DNA of 32,000 nt from Massilicoli timonensis (GCF_900199515.1 NZ_LT963434.1:1982180-2014179), one strand, 5' to 3'; positions 1 to 9,853 are shown, counted from the stretch's first letter. Made by a program: numbers and translations. Notes: generated from the letters alone by a model not told the origin.

Positions 1-1266
1 CAGTTCTGGATTAAAATGCAGATTGATGGTTATATGGAGTATGATGAACTTTTGCATAAGATTAATAACCTTTCAGAAAAACAAAGAAAGAAGTGGAATA
101 ATCTTAAATTATTAGAGGCTGCTGTCATTAGAAATCTGGATGATAAATTGCTGCCTTATCTACAATCTGTTCATTTTAGAGTGCTTGATGAAATGGACAT
201 TGAAAATGATAGGATATTTATGTCATTTGATGCACCTATAAGATATGAAGAATTATTAGACTATATTGAAGATCTTCGTAATCAAGAACTGCCAATTATT
301 TCAGCTATGAGAGGATTCTGGATAGATTATCAATTCTGTGATGAGTATGGTTGTCATGAAAATAGAATTTGTGTAGATTTCAAATATCAGCAGATTATGT
401 GCAAGGAATCCAGAGAAAGCATAGAGAAGATATTGGAAAACATAAATCAGGATTTTATGCCTAAGGAAATGCTAAGACATTATTATGAACAGATACAGGA
501 TATAAAGCTGAATATTATGCAAAATGAATCTGAAGGAATTTGTCAGATGGTTAAATTCATAGAATCAGTGAAAATAAGAGATGTCAATGAACTAAGAAAT
601 GAGATATTGAATCAAGAGGAGCTTAATGAATATACTCAGCATATTTCTAAAAATGGAGTTAGAGAACTCAAGATGTTTCTTGAAAACTATGACTCAGAAC
701 ATGTTCACGATTTCTATTATCTTAACGAATCCAATCATCTGGAAAGATTGGATAAAGAGCTGGCTTTGATTTTAATGGATGATGCTTCTTCCTGCATTTC
801 ATTTGACAGAGTAATGGGATATGAACAGACGAAAGATTATCTAAGTGATCTTTTGCCTAATGAAACAGAAGAGCTGATAAAGAAATGTCAGGAAAACCTA
901 TGGCTGAAAAAGGGTGGAATTCCATTTGAGGATGATGACTTGAGTGAAGAGGAGTACGGATATCATTTTCGCAGATGTGAAAGAAGAATGGATTTAATGA
1001 ATGCTATCAGTGATGTCAGCTGGGCAATTAGAGATGGATTTGTGTATAAGAATATGGCTTTCATTCAGCAGGTCAATGGAGGTGACGAGTACTGGACATT
1101 GATTCATGATGGTGATAAATGGATTGATTATGAGTCAGTAACCTTTCGCCCTTCAATTGAAAATGACAGATTTTATAGTCTAGTTGATGAGCTTAAAAAA
1201 GAAGGCCAGAAGGCAATAGAAAGGGAAAGAAGCAGAAAAGACAGAAACAGGGGTGAAAGACTATGA
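1..1266 (+). CDS. hypothetical acidic protein, probably 5'-truncated by the window edge
   Basis: Track ORF 16..1266. The frame is open from base 1 and there is no Shine-Dalgarno before the ATG at 16, so the gene may begin upstream. Its stop overlaps the next start (ATGA at 1263-1266). The C-terminal motif GFVYKNM (1036-1056) recurs in ORF 26525..27088. Confidence 0.6.
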   Translation, partial: QFWIKMQIDGYMEYDELLHKINNLSEKQRKKWNNLKLLEAAVIRNLDDKLLPYLQSVHFRVLDEMDIENDRIFMSFDAPIRYEELLDYIEDLRNQELPIISAMRGFWIDYQFCDEYGCHENRICVDFKYQQIMCKESRESIEKILENINQDFMPKEMLRHYYEQIQDIKLNIMQNESEGICQMVKFIESVKIRDVNELRNEILNQEELNEYTQHISKNGVRELKMFLENYDSEHVHDFYYLNESNHLERLDKELALILMDDASSCISFDRVMGYEQTKDYLSDLLPNETEELIKKCQENLWLKKGGIPFEDDDLSEEEYGYHFRRCERRMDLMNAISDVSWAIRDGFVYKNMAFIQQVNGGDEYWTLIHDGDKWIDYESVTFRPSIENDRFYSLVDELKKEGQKAIERERSRKDRNRGERL

Positions 1267-1931
1267 GGATTCCTAAAAGGACAGTTCGATTAATTCATAT
1301 CATGAGTGACAGACAGTTAAGTGAAGACCAGAAAGAAATCATTGAACGTGGTATTGATGCGGGTATGAATGATGATGAATTGACACTGCTAGCGAATAAG
1401 AATCTATCATGTGATCAGATCATGCAGGGATATTATGGAATCATGTGCGGACTATCAGTAGAGGAAGTTGCTACATATCTGAAGCCTGAAAAGAGTCTTG
1501 ATGTCATGCAGCAGATTCGTTTCATCTATTTCAAGCAGAGAGGAACAAAGATTCTTCCCCTTGTTTTAAATGACAATCTCACTAGCCAGCAGATTATAGA
1601 AATCCGAAAAGGTGCAGAACTCCCATTGCGTTATGTTAAGCTTTATGCTGATCCATGTTTCAGTGAAAAACAGATGGAGCAGATACGTATGGGTTTTGAA
1701 AAACATATCCCTTATAGCATCATGCAGTTTATATGTGATCCACGATTGTCGATAGAGCAGATGCGCTGCTTAAGAGAGATTGCATCCTTTGGAATATCTC
1801 CTGAAGAAATGAGAGAATTAGCACAGCCTGATATTCCAGAGGAATCCATGCAGTTCTATTTGAAAAAACTGAAGATTCGATATAGAAATAATGAAAAAAG
1901 AAAGCATATGATATATAATCTAACTATATAA
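1263..1931 (+). CDS. hypothetical protein built of tandem ~35-aa helical repeats (S-x2-Q-x3-I-R-x-G type)
   Basis: SD AGGGGTGA lies upstream of the ATG at 1263. Repeated segments: SEDQKEIIERGIDAGM, TSQQIIEIRKGAELPL, SEKQMEQIRMGFEKHI, SIEQMRCLREIASFGI. The same repeat type occurs in ORF 22945..24366. Confidence 0.7.
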   Translation: MRIPKRTVRLIHIMSDRQLSEDQKEIIERGIDAGMNDDELTLLANKNLSCDQIMQGYYGIMCGLSVEEVATYLKPEKSLDVMQQIRFIYFKQRGTKILPLVLNDNLTSQQIIEIRKGAELPLRYVKLYADPCFSEKQMEQIRMGFEKHIPYSIMQFICDPRLSIEQMRCLREIASFGISPEEMRELAQPDIPEESMQFYLKKLKIRYRNNEKRKHMIYNLTI

Positions 1932-1965
1932 AGCATTTATTTTAAGAAAATTAAGGAGTATAACA

Positions 1966-2637
1966 ATGAAAGAGAGCGTAAAAATAGAAGATTATGTCAA
2001 GAAAATTTCACAGATGATTGAAGAAGCCAAGGCTGAAGAAAAAGAGTATGTCGATGTCAATGCAGGAGAACTTCATAAAATGATGTCTAAGAAGCCAACA
2101 CTTCCTAGTTGCTGCATGGCAATGAGGAAAATGAAGCATAGTAATGATCAGGTCATTTCTGAAGCAAACACTAAAAGCGGGTATGGGGTTGCACTGACTA
2201 TCCGTTATTTTGTGACAGAAAGAGATGAAGCTGTGGTCATGGAGAAACGCAGAGGACGTCCAAAAGGTTCCAAGAATTCTGTGGAAAAGATCAAGGCAAA
2301 AAAGAAAACAGTAAATGTTGAAAAGTCTGTTGAAGAGTATCTCAGTGAATCTGGTATTATATATGAGAAAAAAGGCAATATGATCCTAGCTGACGGTGCC
2401 TATGGAAAATGGCTGATTCTGCTGGACGAACACAAGAGAGGACCAAAAGCAAGTTTTTCTTCTAAGGTAATGAAGTTATTGTCATATTATGATGATTCTA
2501 TTGAAAAATATTCACTTGCATTAAAGACGGATGCAAATATGGATAGTAGCTGGAAGGAGATATCTGATATAGCAAAAAAACGTCTGAATATGACCTTGCT
2601 TAAGATAACACTCGCCGGAAATATCAAAGAAATCTGA
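1966..2637 (+). CDS. hypothetical DNA-binding protein with a central AT-hook; possible PD-(D/E)XK-like C-terminal motif
   Basis: SD AAGGAG lies 8 nt before the ATG. The AT-hook core RRGRPKGSKN is followed by a K-rich linker. The C-terminal segment ADGAYGKWLILLDEHK fits a D-x13-E-x-K pattern, which is weak evidence only. Confidence 0.65.
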   Translation: MKESVKIEDYVKKISQMIEEAKAEEKEYVDVNAGELHKMMSKKPTLPSCCMAMRKMKHSNDQVISEANTKSGYGVALTIRYFVTERDEAVVMEKRRGRPKGSKNSVEKIKAKKKTVNVEKSVEEYLSESGIIYEKKGNMILADGAYGKWLILLDEHKRGPKASFSSKVMKLLSYYDDSIEKYSLALKTDANMDSSWKEISDIAKKRLNMTLLKITLAGNIKEI

Positions 2638-2710
2638 AATTAGAAATATATGAATATATTTTGCTGACAATATAGAACGAACATGACAAGATAGTCATGA
2701 GGTGATAACT

Positions 2711-3691
2711 ATGTGGAAAACTTTATGGAAAGAACACAAAAAAACAATTACAGGTATTATGGTTATTTCAGTTGGTTTTGCATGTCTTCTGATGTATGTT
2801 TTGTTTTCTCATCAGGAAACAGATGACATTCGAGTTGTCTTCAATTCTGATATACAAGTTGAAGAAGGAACTGTTTTAACGGAAAAAATGCTGATAAAGG
2901 AAACAAATGCAGATAAGATTGACATTCCTGAAGATAAAGCAGAGAATGTGGGAACGCAGACAGTTAAGATTATTGCAATGCTTAAGGATGAACAAAAGGA
3001 ATTCTCCACAAGGATAACTGTTCTAGAGAAGAAAACTGAAGAACCACAGGAACAGCAGGAAAGTGAAGAGAAACCATCTAAACAAGAGGATGAAGCAGAC
3101 AATGATCAGATTACTGACAATAGCAGAACCCAAGAGAAGATAACCGAAGCTACTGAAAGCAAAGCTTCCAGTCAGTCATCACAAAATACTGCAAAGAATG
3201 AAAACACTCAGAGTTCATCACAAAACAGCAATGACAGCCAGACACAAAAAGAAGAGAGTTCATCTGATTCACAGCAAGAACAGACGCCTTCACAGTCACA
3301 GATTTCAGAAACGGAATTTGCCAATCAGTTATTTGCTCTTGTGAATAACTACCGAACAGCTAATGGGCTTTCTGCACTGGGAACTAATGCTGTGATCCAA
3401 AGTCTTGCAAATCAGCGTGCACAGGATATGGCCGATATGGGCTATGCCAGTCATACACGTCCTGATGGATCAGTTGTTAATTCATATTGGGTTGAAACCA
3501 ATTATGGAATTATTGCAGGTGGTGAGAATGTTTTTGCTGGTACTCAGGGCTGGTCTCCGCAGGCTGTCTTAGACAGTTTTCTTGCTTCATCAGGACATAG
3601 GAGAACAATTATGGATGAAAACAGTTATATGGCGATTGGTGTTCGCTATGCTGATGGATTGGTATTTGTCTCAATGAATTTTCAACAATGA
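2711..3691 (+). CDS. membrane-anchored or secreted CAP (SCP/PR-1, YkwD-like) domain protein with Ig-like segment and S/Q-rich linker
   Basis: The track starts at GTG 2702, but the ATG at 2711 has a better SD (GAGGTGA at 2699-2705, 5-nt spacer). Order: N-terminal hydrophobic helix TITGIMVISVGFACLLMYVLF, low-complexity E/S/Q linker (about 3040-3310), then a C-terminal CAP signature (NNYRTANGLSAL ... GENVFAG ... SSGHRRTIMD). Confidence 0.8.
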   Translation: MWKTLWKEHKKTITGIMVISVGFACLLMYVLFSHQETDDIRVVFNSDIQVEEGTVLTEKMLIKETNADKIDIPEDKAENVGTQTVKIIAMLKDEQKEFSTRITVLEKKTEEPQEQQESEEKPSKQEDEADNDQITDNSRTQEKITEATESKASSQSSQNTAKNENTQSSSQNSNDSQTQKEESSSDSQQEQTPSQSQISETEFANQLFALVNNYRTANGLSALGTNAVIQSLANQRAQDMADMGYASHTRPDGSVVNSYWVETNYGIIAGGENVFAGTQGWSPQAVLDSFLASSGHRRTIMDENSYMAIGVRYADGLVFVSMNFQQ

Positions 3692-3701
3692 ATTATGATT
3701 C

Positions 3702-3727
3702 AAAAGACTCATGACGAGTCTTTTTTG
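3702..3727 (+). terminator. rho-independent terminator after the CAP gene
   Basis: AAAAGACTC - atgac - GAGTCTTTT followed by a T run, 11 nt after the stop codon. Confidence 0.7.
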
Positions 3728-3744
3728 CTTGAAAAGGAGAATGA

Positions 3745-4089
3745 AGAATAAAGAATAGCAAGGAACAATTAAAACAGAAATTAAATGAAAAGATTTCAAA
3801 AGAGTATGAGGCTTACAAGAAAAATATTCTAAAAAAAGGATCTGATGAAGTTTTTAGAGAAGCATATAAGATTTCTGCTTTATATGATATTGCCGAATAT
3901 ATTTATCAGACTTCATTTTCAGTACCAGAAATGCATCTATTTTTAAAAGAAAAGTGTCTTTTGGAATCGCTATATCAGGAATGGTTGGAAATAGATGATT
4001 CCAGAATGGAAGAAATAGGCAATATGGTCAATGAATATAAAGATTATCTGAAAAAGACAGAAAAACTAATATGGAGAAACGAGAGGTAG
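3745..4089 (+). CDS. ORF without canonical start; tentatively DUF3848-like helical protein (non-canonical ATA start or pseudogene)
   Basis: The frame is open for 114 codons (RIKNSKEQLKQKLNEKISKEYEAYKKNILKKGSDEVFREAYKISALYDIAEYIYQ...WRNER, stop TAG 4087-4089). There is no in-frame ATG/GTG/TTG until 3931, so it is absent from the ORF track. GGAG at 3736-3739 sits 8 nt before an in-frame ATA at 3748. An out-of-frame ATG at 3741 reads only MKNKE-stop. Confidence 0.45.
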   Translation, partial: RIKNSKEQLKQKLNEKISKEYEAYKKNILKKGSDEVFREAYKISALYDIAEYIYQTSFSVPEMHLFLKEKCLLESLYQEWLEIDDSRMEEIGNMVNEYKDYLKKTEKLIWRNER

Positions 4090-4099
4090 GTCCAAGAAA

Positions 4100-4396
4100 A
4101 TGGTTAGAGTCTGTTATCGATGTAAGCGAAAGGTTTATCCATCCAAGACAGAAACATATCCTTTCCAGTGCTTTATTCATGATGAAGATCTATTTGGCAT
4201 AGAAACAATTGAAGTTTCTGAAGAGGAATATATAAGTCTGCTTACAAAACGTCTTCATTGTACAAAAGAGGAAGCGCAACAGATAGATGAAGCATATGAT
4301 CGATATGTATATGACTGCATCGAAAGGGATTATCATCCTGTCAAAATGGAAAAATTTATTAAGTCTAGAGCTTTAGAACGAGAAGCGAGGAGGTAA
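4100..4396 (+). CDS. small hypothetical protein (Cys-rich N-terminus)
   Basis: 98-aa ORF starting MVRVCYRCKRKV...QCF, followed by a strong terminator. No family recognised. Confidence 0.55.
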   Translation: MVRVCYRCKRKVYPSKTETYPFQCFIHDEDLFGIETIEVSEEEYISLLTKRLHCTKEEAQQIDEAYDRYVYDCIERDYHPVKMEKFIKSRALEREARR

Positions 4397-4426
4397 TGAT
4401 TAATTATTATAAGGTAAGGTATACTT

Positions 4427-4447
4427 AGGGGCGTTTGCCCCTTTTTC
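4427..4447 (+). terminator. rho-independent terminator
   Basis: AGGGGC - gttt - GCCCCT followed by TTTTT, 30 nt after the stop at 4396. Confidence 0.8.
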
Positions 4448-4504
4448 AATGCATAAATCATTGATCACTATATGAAGGAAAACAAAAGAAAGGAAAGAGG
4501 AAAA

Positions 4505-7500
4505 ATGAGAGATAAGATCAAACGATTATTGCTGGTAATGATCACTGTTCTGATGACTTTTGTCAATGCTGTACCTATGAATGTCATGGCAAAAGATCTT
4601 TCAAATCCTGACAGGGCTGCCATCATCAAAGAAGCTGAAAAGCATGAGGGCAAACCGTATGTCTATGGAGGCAATGGACCAGACAGCTTTGACTGTTCGG
4701 GATTTACAAAATATGTATTTCAGCACTCGATAGGCTTTAAACTTGAAAGAACTGCGGAAGCTCAGCGTCAGCAGCTAATGGAATCAAAGCAGCAGTTAAG
4801 CACAACCAATAAGTCACAATGGAAGCCGGGTGATCTGGTTTACTTTGGAAATCATGGAATAGCAGAACACGCTGCTATCTATTATGGCGATAATGAATAT
4901 ATTCATGCTATAGGCGATAAGGTTCAGGTAACAGATGCAAGCTATCTGATTGACAAGGATGGAGAAGTCTATCAGATTTTGAATGTCTTCAAGATGGTAG
5001 AAGATCTAGGCGGATTTACAATCTTAAAGACGGATGAAGAAGGAAATGCATTGTCCGGTGCAAAGTTTAAAATTACTTATCCTGACGGTTCTACCGTAAC
5101 TAGAACAACTAATGATGATGGTAAGATAATTTTTAAGGAAGAAGCATCTGGAACATATAAAATTCAAGAAACCTACAGTCCGGAAGGCTTTCTCATTGAC
5201 GACACAGTAAGAACGATTACTGTAAAAGCTGGCGATGATCCATCAGATCATGTGTACAGTTTTGTCAACAAGCAGCCGACAGGAGAAATTACGCTAACCA
5301 AGTACAATGAAGATAAATCTTCTACTATTCCTGGAACGAAATATCACGTAACGAGCGATACAGGATATGAGGCAGACCATACGACAGACAAGAACGGCCG
5401 CATTCATTTGACAGGATTGAAGTTAGGAACATATACATTTACTGAAGTTCAGGCGGCAAATGGCTTTCTTCTAAATAAGGAACCTGTAAGCATCACACTG
5501 TCATACAAAGATCAGCATACAAGTGTTATAGTCGGTTCCATCGAACAGACAAATAAAGAACCAAGCGGAAAGATTGTATTGACAAAATATAATGCTGATA
5601 AGAGTTCAGTCATTCCAGGAACGACTTATCGTGTAACAGGTCCAAATGGATTTGATGAAACTGTTAAAACCAATTCAGAAGGAAAGCTTGTTATTGATGG
5701 CCTAAAGCTTGGAACTTATACATTGACTGAAGTACAGGCAGCAGATGGCTATCTTCTTGATAGCAAGCCAATCACTGTTTCCTTAAGCTATAAGGATCAA
5801 TACACTGAATTGATTACCGGTACAGCTGAACAGACAAATGCTGAACCTACGGCTACCATTAAGCTGAAAAAAGAAGATAAGGAAACAGGTGCAACTGCAC
5901 AGGGAGATGCAACCCTTGAAGGGGCTGTCTATGAGCTTGTTGCCGGTGAGGATATCTACAATAAGACAAAGACTAAAAAATACTACACAAAAGGTGATAT
6001 AGTCGCTACAAGAGAAACAGATACCTCTGGTGCTATGGATGATATTACCGGACTTCCATTAGGAAATTATCAGTTGAGAGAAAAGACGCCTAGTTTGGGG
6101 TATCTGCTTGATGAAAATGTCTATGATATTCGCTGTACTTATGAAAATCAGACTGTTTCAGTGATTACCCGCTCTCAGGTATCTAAGGAACAGGTAAAGA
6201 AGCAGGCTTTCCAGATTATCAAGATTTCAACTGATGAAACAGGAGAAGCTTCAAAGGTACCTGAAGCAGAATTTACAGTCAAGCTGGCATCCGATGTTGA
6301 AAAGAACGGATGGGATAAAGCAAAAGTTTATGATATTCTGACAACAGATGAGAATGGCTATGCTTTGTCTATTGAACTCCCATACGGACGATATCAGGCA
6401 AGGGAAACAAAAGTTCCTGAAAATCTGATGCCTGTTGCTGATTTCTTTATCGATATTACGGAAGACAGCAGGGAACCGCAGGTATGGCGTGTCATGAATG
6501 ACGCTTCCTTCAAAGCCTTGATAAAAGCAGTCAAGGTTGATGAAGAAACAGGAAAAACAGTGTTGCTTCCAGATGCTTCATTCAGGATTCACAATGTTGA
6601 AACAGGTGAATATGTAGGGCATTGGGTATGGTTTCCATTGCCTCATTATGTAGATACATATACAACAGATGAAACTGGTACTGTGATGACAGCAGATGTA
6701 TTGGAAGCTGGCGAATATGAACTGGTAGAGATAGAAGCACCGTATGGATACATCCTTAATGACGAACCAGTGAAATTTACTGTTACCAACAGAACTGCTT
6801 ATGAGATGGCTGAAGATGGAAAAACGCCGATTATTCGTGTTTCAATGAAGGATGTTTCCGCAAAAGGAAAGATTTCTGTAATCAAGACTGGAGAACACCT
6901 TACAGATGTAAGCAAGGATGATGATGGAAATATCCAGTTTATCTATGAAAACGGACCGATTGATGGAGCTTCTTTTACTGTAAAAGCAGCTGAAGATATT
7001 TTAAGTGCAGATCAGCAGGGCGACATCATATTCGAAAAAGGTGAAACTGTTGCTGAACTGACAACTTCCAGTGGGAAAGCACAAACCATAGAACTTCCTC
7101 TTGGTAAATATACTGTTGAAGAATCTGCTGCAGGCGAAGGGTTTGTATTGAACAAGGAAATAAAGGAAATTGAATTAAAGTATGCCGATCAGTACACACC
7201 TGTTGTATTTGAAGAAACAGAATATATCAACGAACGCCAGAAAGCTGAAATCAGTGTCATCAAGAAAGACAAGGATACAGCACAGCTATTAAGCGGTGCT
7301 AAATTTGGATTATACGCTAAAGAAAATATATATGCTGCTGGAAGTGAAAAGCTTCTGGTAGAGGAAGGACAGCTGATTGAAACTGCATTGACTGACAAGG
7401 AAGGAAAAGCTGTTTTTAAGGCAGACTTGCCATTATATAAATTTGAAATCAGGGAAATTCAACCGCCAATTGGTTATGTTTCCACAGATGCGGTATATGA

Positions 7501-8989
7501 AGCAGACTGTACATATCAAGGTCAGGATGTTGAAGTAATAAAGCTTACTGCATACTTTGAAAATGAAATCACAAAGACGGAAATTTCTAAAAAAGATGCA
7601 ACAACAGGAGAAGAACTTCCAGGAGCTCATCTGACATTAAAGGAAAAAGATGGAACGGTCTTTGAAACATGGATTTCTACGAATGAACCGCATATTGTTA
7701 AAGGACTTGAACCTGGAAAAACCTATGAATTGATTGAAACAAGCTCTCCTTATGGCTTTGCAATCAGCCAGACAGTTGAATTTACTGTAACAGATACTGG
7801 TGTTGTCCAGAAAGTCGAAATGATCGATGAAATGGTCATGGGAAAACTGAAATGGCTAAAGACGGGTGAAGTCTTTACAGGTACTGAAGAAGTGGAAACA
7901 GAATTTGGTATAGTGGAAAAACCAGTATTTGAAAAGAAAATCATTTCCAATGCTGAAATTGATATCTATGCAGCTGAAGAAATTAAACTAGCCAATGATA
8001 TTGTCTACTATGAAAAGGATGAACTGATTGAATCATTAACGAGCGGGGATGAGCCTGTTGAAAGCAAGGAACTTCCTGTAGGCAAATATTACTATGTTGA
8101 ACGTGTTGTGCCTGAGCCATTTGTACAGGATATGGAAAAGCATTATTTTGAGATTGAGGATAATCAGAAAAACGAACTTCAGATTATTGAAAGCGAACTT
8201 GAAAATACAAGAGCCAAGGTCAATCTGGAACTTCAGAAAATCATGGAAGAACATCCATATTATGCGGATGATTATAAGGAAGCCTATAAGAAAGTTGCTT
8301 TTGGAATCTATGCATCAGAAGATATCATGAATTATGCTGATGAAATAGGAATTGCTGAAAATACACTGATTGCAGTATGTGGTATTGATGAAAATGGACA
8401 TCTTATGGATGTACCTGAACTTCCAATTGGTTCATATCATATCGTCGAAATGGCAACGGATGATAATTACATCGTTAGTGGAGAAAGCTTTGATTTTGAA
8501 ATCACATATGAAGGCAAGGATGTTCCTGAATTGAATATCGCAATCAATGAAGGAAAGGAAATTGTCAATATGCTCAAGAGAACGGATATTGTCATCAGCA
8601 AGATTGACAAGATTTCCAAAGATCCATTGCCGGATGTAGAATTCACTCTATACGATCGAGATATGAATGTGATTGCTACAGCAGTCAGTGATAAAGATGG
8701 AATTGCTCGCTTTGAAGATATGCCTAATGGAATTTATTTCTGCAAGGAAACAAAAGCGCTGGAAGGCTATGCATTAAGCGAGGAAGTCATCAGAATAGAG
8801 CTGACTGGAGATTCAAAGGATAATGAATATCATGTAACAATGACGAATGTCCTGCTTCCTGCAAAAGGTGAGTCTGTACAGACCGGAGATACAAGCAATA
8901 TTATTCTATGGATAAGTGCTGCGGCTGTATCGGGTGTCATTGTACTGGCAACATTGAAGATCAGAAAAAGAAATGGTCGAAAGAAGTAA
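4505..8989 (+). CDS. giant cell-wall-anchored surface protein: signal peptide, NlpC/P60 (C40) peptidoglycan endopeptidase domain, about 12 Cna-B/SpaA-type repeats, C-terminal sortase signal
   Basis: The track starts at 4472, but the ATG at 4505 follows SD AGGAAAGAGG and begins a classic signal peptide ([29 protein letters not shown]). NlpC/P60 motifs: [24 protein letters not shown] and [24 protein letters not shown]. Repeated Cna-B-like units: [56 protein letters not shown], and others. C-terminus: SVQTGD, then a hydrophobic helix, then [10 protein letters not shown]. Confidence 0.9.
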   Translation: MRDKIKRLLLVMITVLMTFVNAVPMNVMAKDLSNPDRAAIIKEAEKHEGKPYVYGGNGPDSFDCSGFTKYVFQHSIGFKLERTAEAQRQQLMESKQQLSTTNKSQWKPGDLVYFGNHGIAEHAAIYYGDNEYIHAIGDKVQVTDASYLIDKDGEVYQILNVFKMVEDLGGFTILKTDEEGNALSGAKFKITYPDGSTVTRTTNDDGKIIFKEEASGTYKIQETYSPEGFLIDDTVRTITVKAGDDPSDHVYSFVNKQPTGEITLTKYNEDKSSTIPGTKYHVTSDTGYEADHTTDKNGRIHLTGLKLGTYTFTEVQAANGFLLNKEPVSITLSYKDQHTSVIVGSIEQTNKEPSGKIVLTKYNADKSSVIPGTTYRVTGPNGFDETVKTNSEGKLVIDGLKLGTYTLTEVQAADGYLLDSKPITVSLSYKDQYTELITGTAEQTNAEPTATIKLKKEDKETGATAQGDATLEGAVYELVAGEDIYNKTKTKKYYTKGDIVATRETDTSGAMDDITGLPLGNYQLREKTPSLGYLLDENVYDIRCTYENQTVSVITRSQVSKEQVKKQAFQIIKISTDETGEASKVPEAEFTVKLASDVEKNGWDKAKVYDILTTDENGYALSIELPYGRYQARETKVPENLMPVADFFIDITEDSREPQVWRVMNDASFKALIKAVKVDEETGKTVLLPDASFRIHNVETGEYVGHWVWFPLPHYVDTYTTDETGTVMTADVLEAGEYELVEIEAPYGYILNDEPVKFTVTNRTAYEMAEDGKTPIIRVSMKDVSAKGKISVIKTGEHLTDVSKDDDGNIQFIYENGPIDGASFTVKAAEDILSADQQGDIIFEKGETVAELTTSSGKAQTIELPLGKYTVEESAAGEGFVLNKEIKEIELKYADQYTPVVFEETEYINERQKAEISVIKKDKDTAQLLSGAKFGLYAKENIYAAGSEKLLVEEGQLIETALTDKEGKAVFKADLPLYKFEIREIQPPIGYVSTDAVYEADCTYQGQDVEVIKLTAYFENEITKTEISKKDATTGEELPGAHLTLKEKDGTVFETWISTNEPHIVKGLEPGKTYELIETSSPYGFAISQTVEFTVTDTGVVQKVEMIDEMVMGKLKWLKTGEVFTGTEEVETEFGIVEKPVFEKKIISNAEIDIYAAEEIKLANDIVYYEKDELIESLTSGDEPVESKELPVGKYYYVERVVPEPFVQDMEKHYFEIEDNQKNELQIIESELENTRAKVNLELQKIMEEHPYYADDYKEAYKKVAFGIYASEDIMNYADEIGIAENTLIAVCGIDENGHLMDVPELPIGSYHIVEMATDDNYIVSGESFDFEITYEGKDVPELNIAINEGKEIVNMLKRTDIVISKIDKISKDPLPDVEFTLYDRDMNVIATAVSDKDGIARFEDMPNGIYFCKETKALEGYALSEEVIRIELTGDSKDNEYHVTMTNVLLPAKGESVQTGDTSNIILWISAAAVSGVIVLATLKIRKRNGRKK
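5276..5845 (+). repeat. tandem duplication of a 285-bp (95-aa) Cna-B-like module inside the adhesin gene
   Basis: [26 protein letters not shown]...[36 protein letters not shown] (5276-5560) aligns with [26 protein letters not shown]...[36 protein letters not shown] (5561-5845). The copies are diverged at DNA level, so the duplication is old. Confidence 0.85.
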
Positions 8990-9845
8990 GCTGATCATTG
9001 TATCTTTTTTGATGCTGCTGACTGGATGTGCGACAGGAGATGAAGAAATAGAATTTGTAGAGGATTTAACCATTCCTGCAGGTTCCCTCTTCAATTCTGC
9101 CGAACTTGTCAAAACCGTTAATGGGCAAAAGATAACTCAGTTTAATCTGGATGGTGACCGTATCATTTCGGATGAGGATACGGTCATCTGTCCTCTTATT
9201 GATACATCAAGGCTAGGTTCAAAGACAATACAGTATATTTACAATAACCATGAAATTGAACTGACAGTTGAAATTGTTGATGCCTCACCTCCTGTCTTTC
9301 AGGAAGAAAAGAATGAACTGACAGTTCAGGCAGGCATCTCTAAGGATGATCTGATTGAAATGATGAAAGTTAAGGATGAGTACAGTTCCTTTTCAGTGAT
9401 ACTGGAAGGAGATATGAATCTATCCAAGAGCGGAACTTATCATGTTGCAGCCATCGCAAAGGATGAAGTGGGCAATGAAGCAAGAAAAGAATACACAATT
9501 ATTGTTAGAGAGGAATCAAGTCAACAGGATAAGATAACGTCTGAAACAGAATCAGTTTCCAGACCAGCTCAAACCAGTCCTGAGCAGTCTGATGATATCA
9601 GCAGTTCTTCTCATAATGATCAAAATAAACAGGAGAGTTCCGAACCGACAAAGACAGAAATACATCTGACAGCAGAGAACAGAAGATTTCTTTTCAGTGA
9701 TGGGTATGATTATGAGAGCAGCTATCAGGCAGCTGTTACTTATGCCCAGCAGATGATAAAGGAACATAAAGCAAATGGATATAACTGCAATCCAATCAGA
9801 AATGATCGACAGGAGTATGTTGGATATGAAGTTGTATTCTATTAA
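8973..9845 (+). CDS. lipoprotein with Ig-like (DUF5011/Big-like) domains
   Basis: Signal peptide with lipobox [19 protein letters not shown]. Ig-like segments end in ...[26 protein letters not shown], followed by an S/Q/E-rich linker. The start overlaps the adhesin stop by 17 nt. Confidence 0.8.
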   Translation: MVERSKLIIVSFLMLLTGCATGDEEIEFVEDLTIPAGSLFNSAELVKTVNGQKITQFNLDGDRIISDEDTVICPLIDTSRLGSKTIQYIYNNHEIELTVEIVDASPPVFQEEKNELTVQAGISKDDLIEMMKVKDEYSSFSVILEGDMNLSKSGTYHVAAIAKDEVGNEARKEYTIIVREESSQQDKITSETESVSRPAQTSPEQSDDISSSSHNDQNKQESSEPTKTEIHLTAENRRFLFSDGYDYESSYQAAVTYAQQMIKEHKANGYNCNPIRNDRQEYVGYEVVFY

Positions 9846-9853
9846 GAAAGTAG

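Noticed and set aside
2643-2662. AT-only hairpin AAATATA-tgaa-TATATTT after ORF 1966..2637 as a terminator.
   Set aside because: The stem has only 7 A-T pairs with no G-C, which is too weak to call. The next gene starts about 50 nt later and is probably co-transcribed.
3040-3310. S/Q/E-rich stretch of the CAP protein as a tandem DNA repeat or array.
   Set aside because: It is compositional low complexity at the protein level only. I could find no regular nucleotide period or spacer structure.
4472-4504. Upstream ATG at 4472 as the adhesin start (as in the track).
   Set aside because: There is no RBS before 4472. The in-frame ATG at 4505 has AGGAAAGAGG upstream and starts a canonical signal peptide. 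The extra 11 residues ([11 protein letters not shown]) would be atypical.
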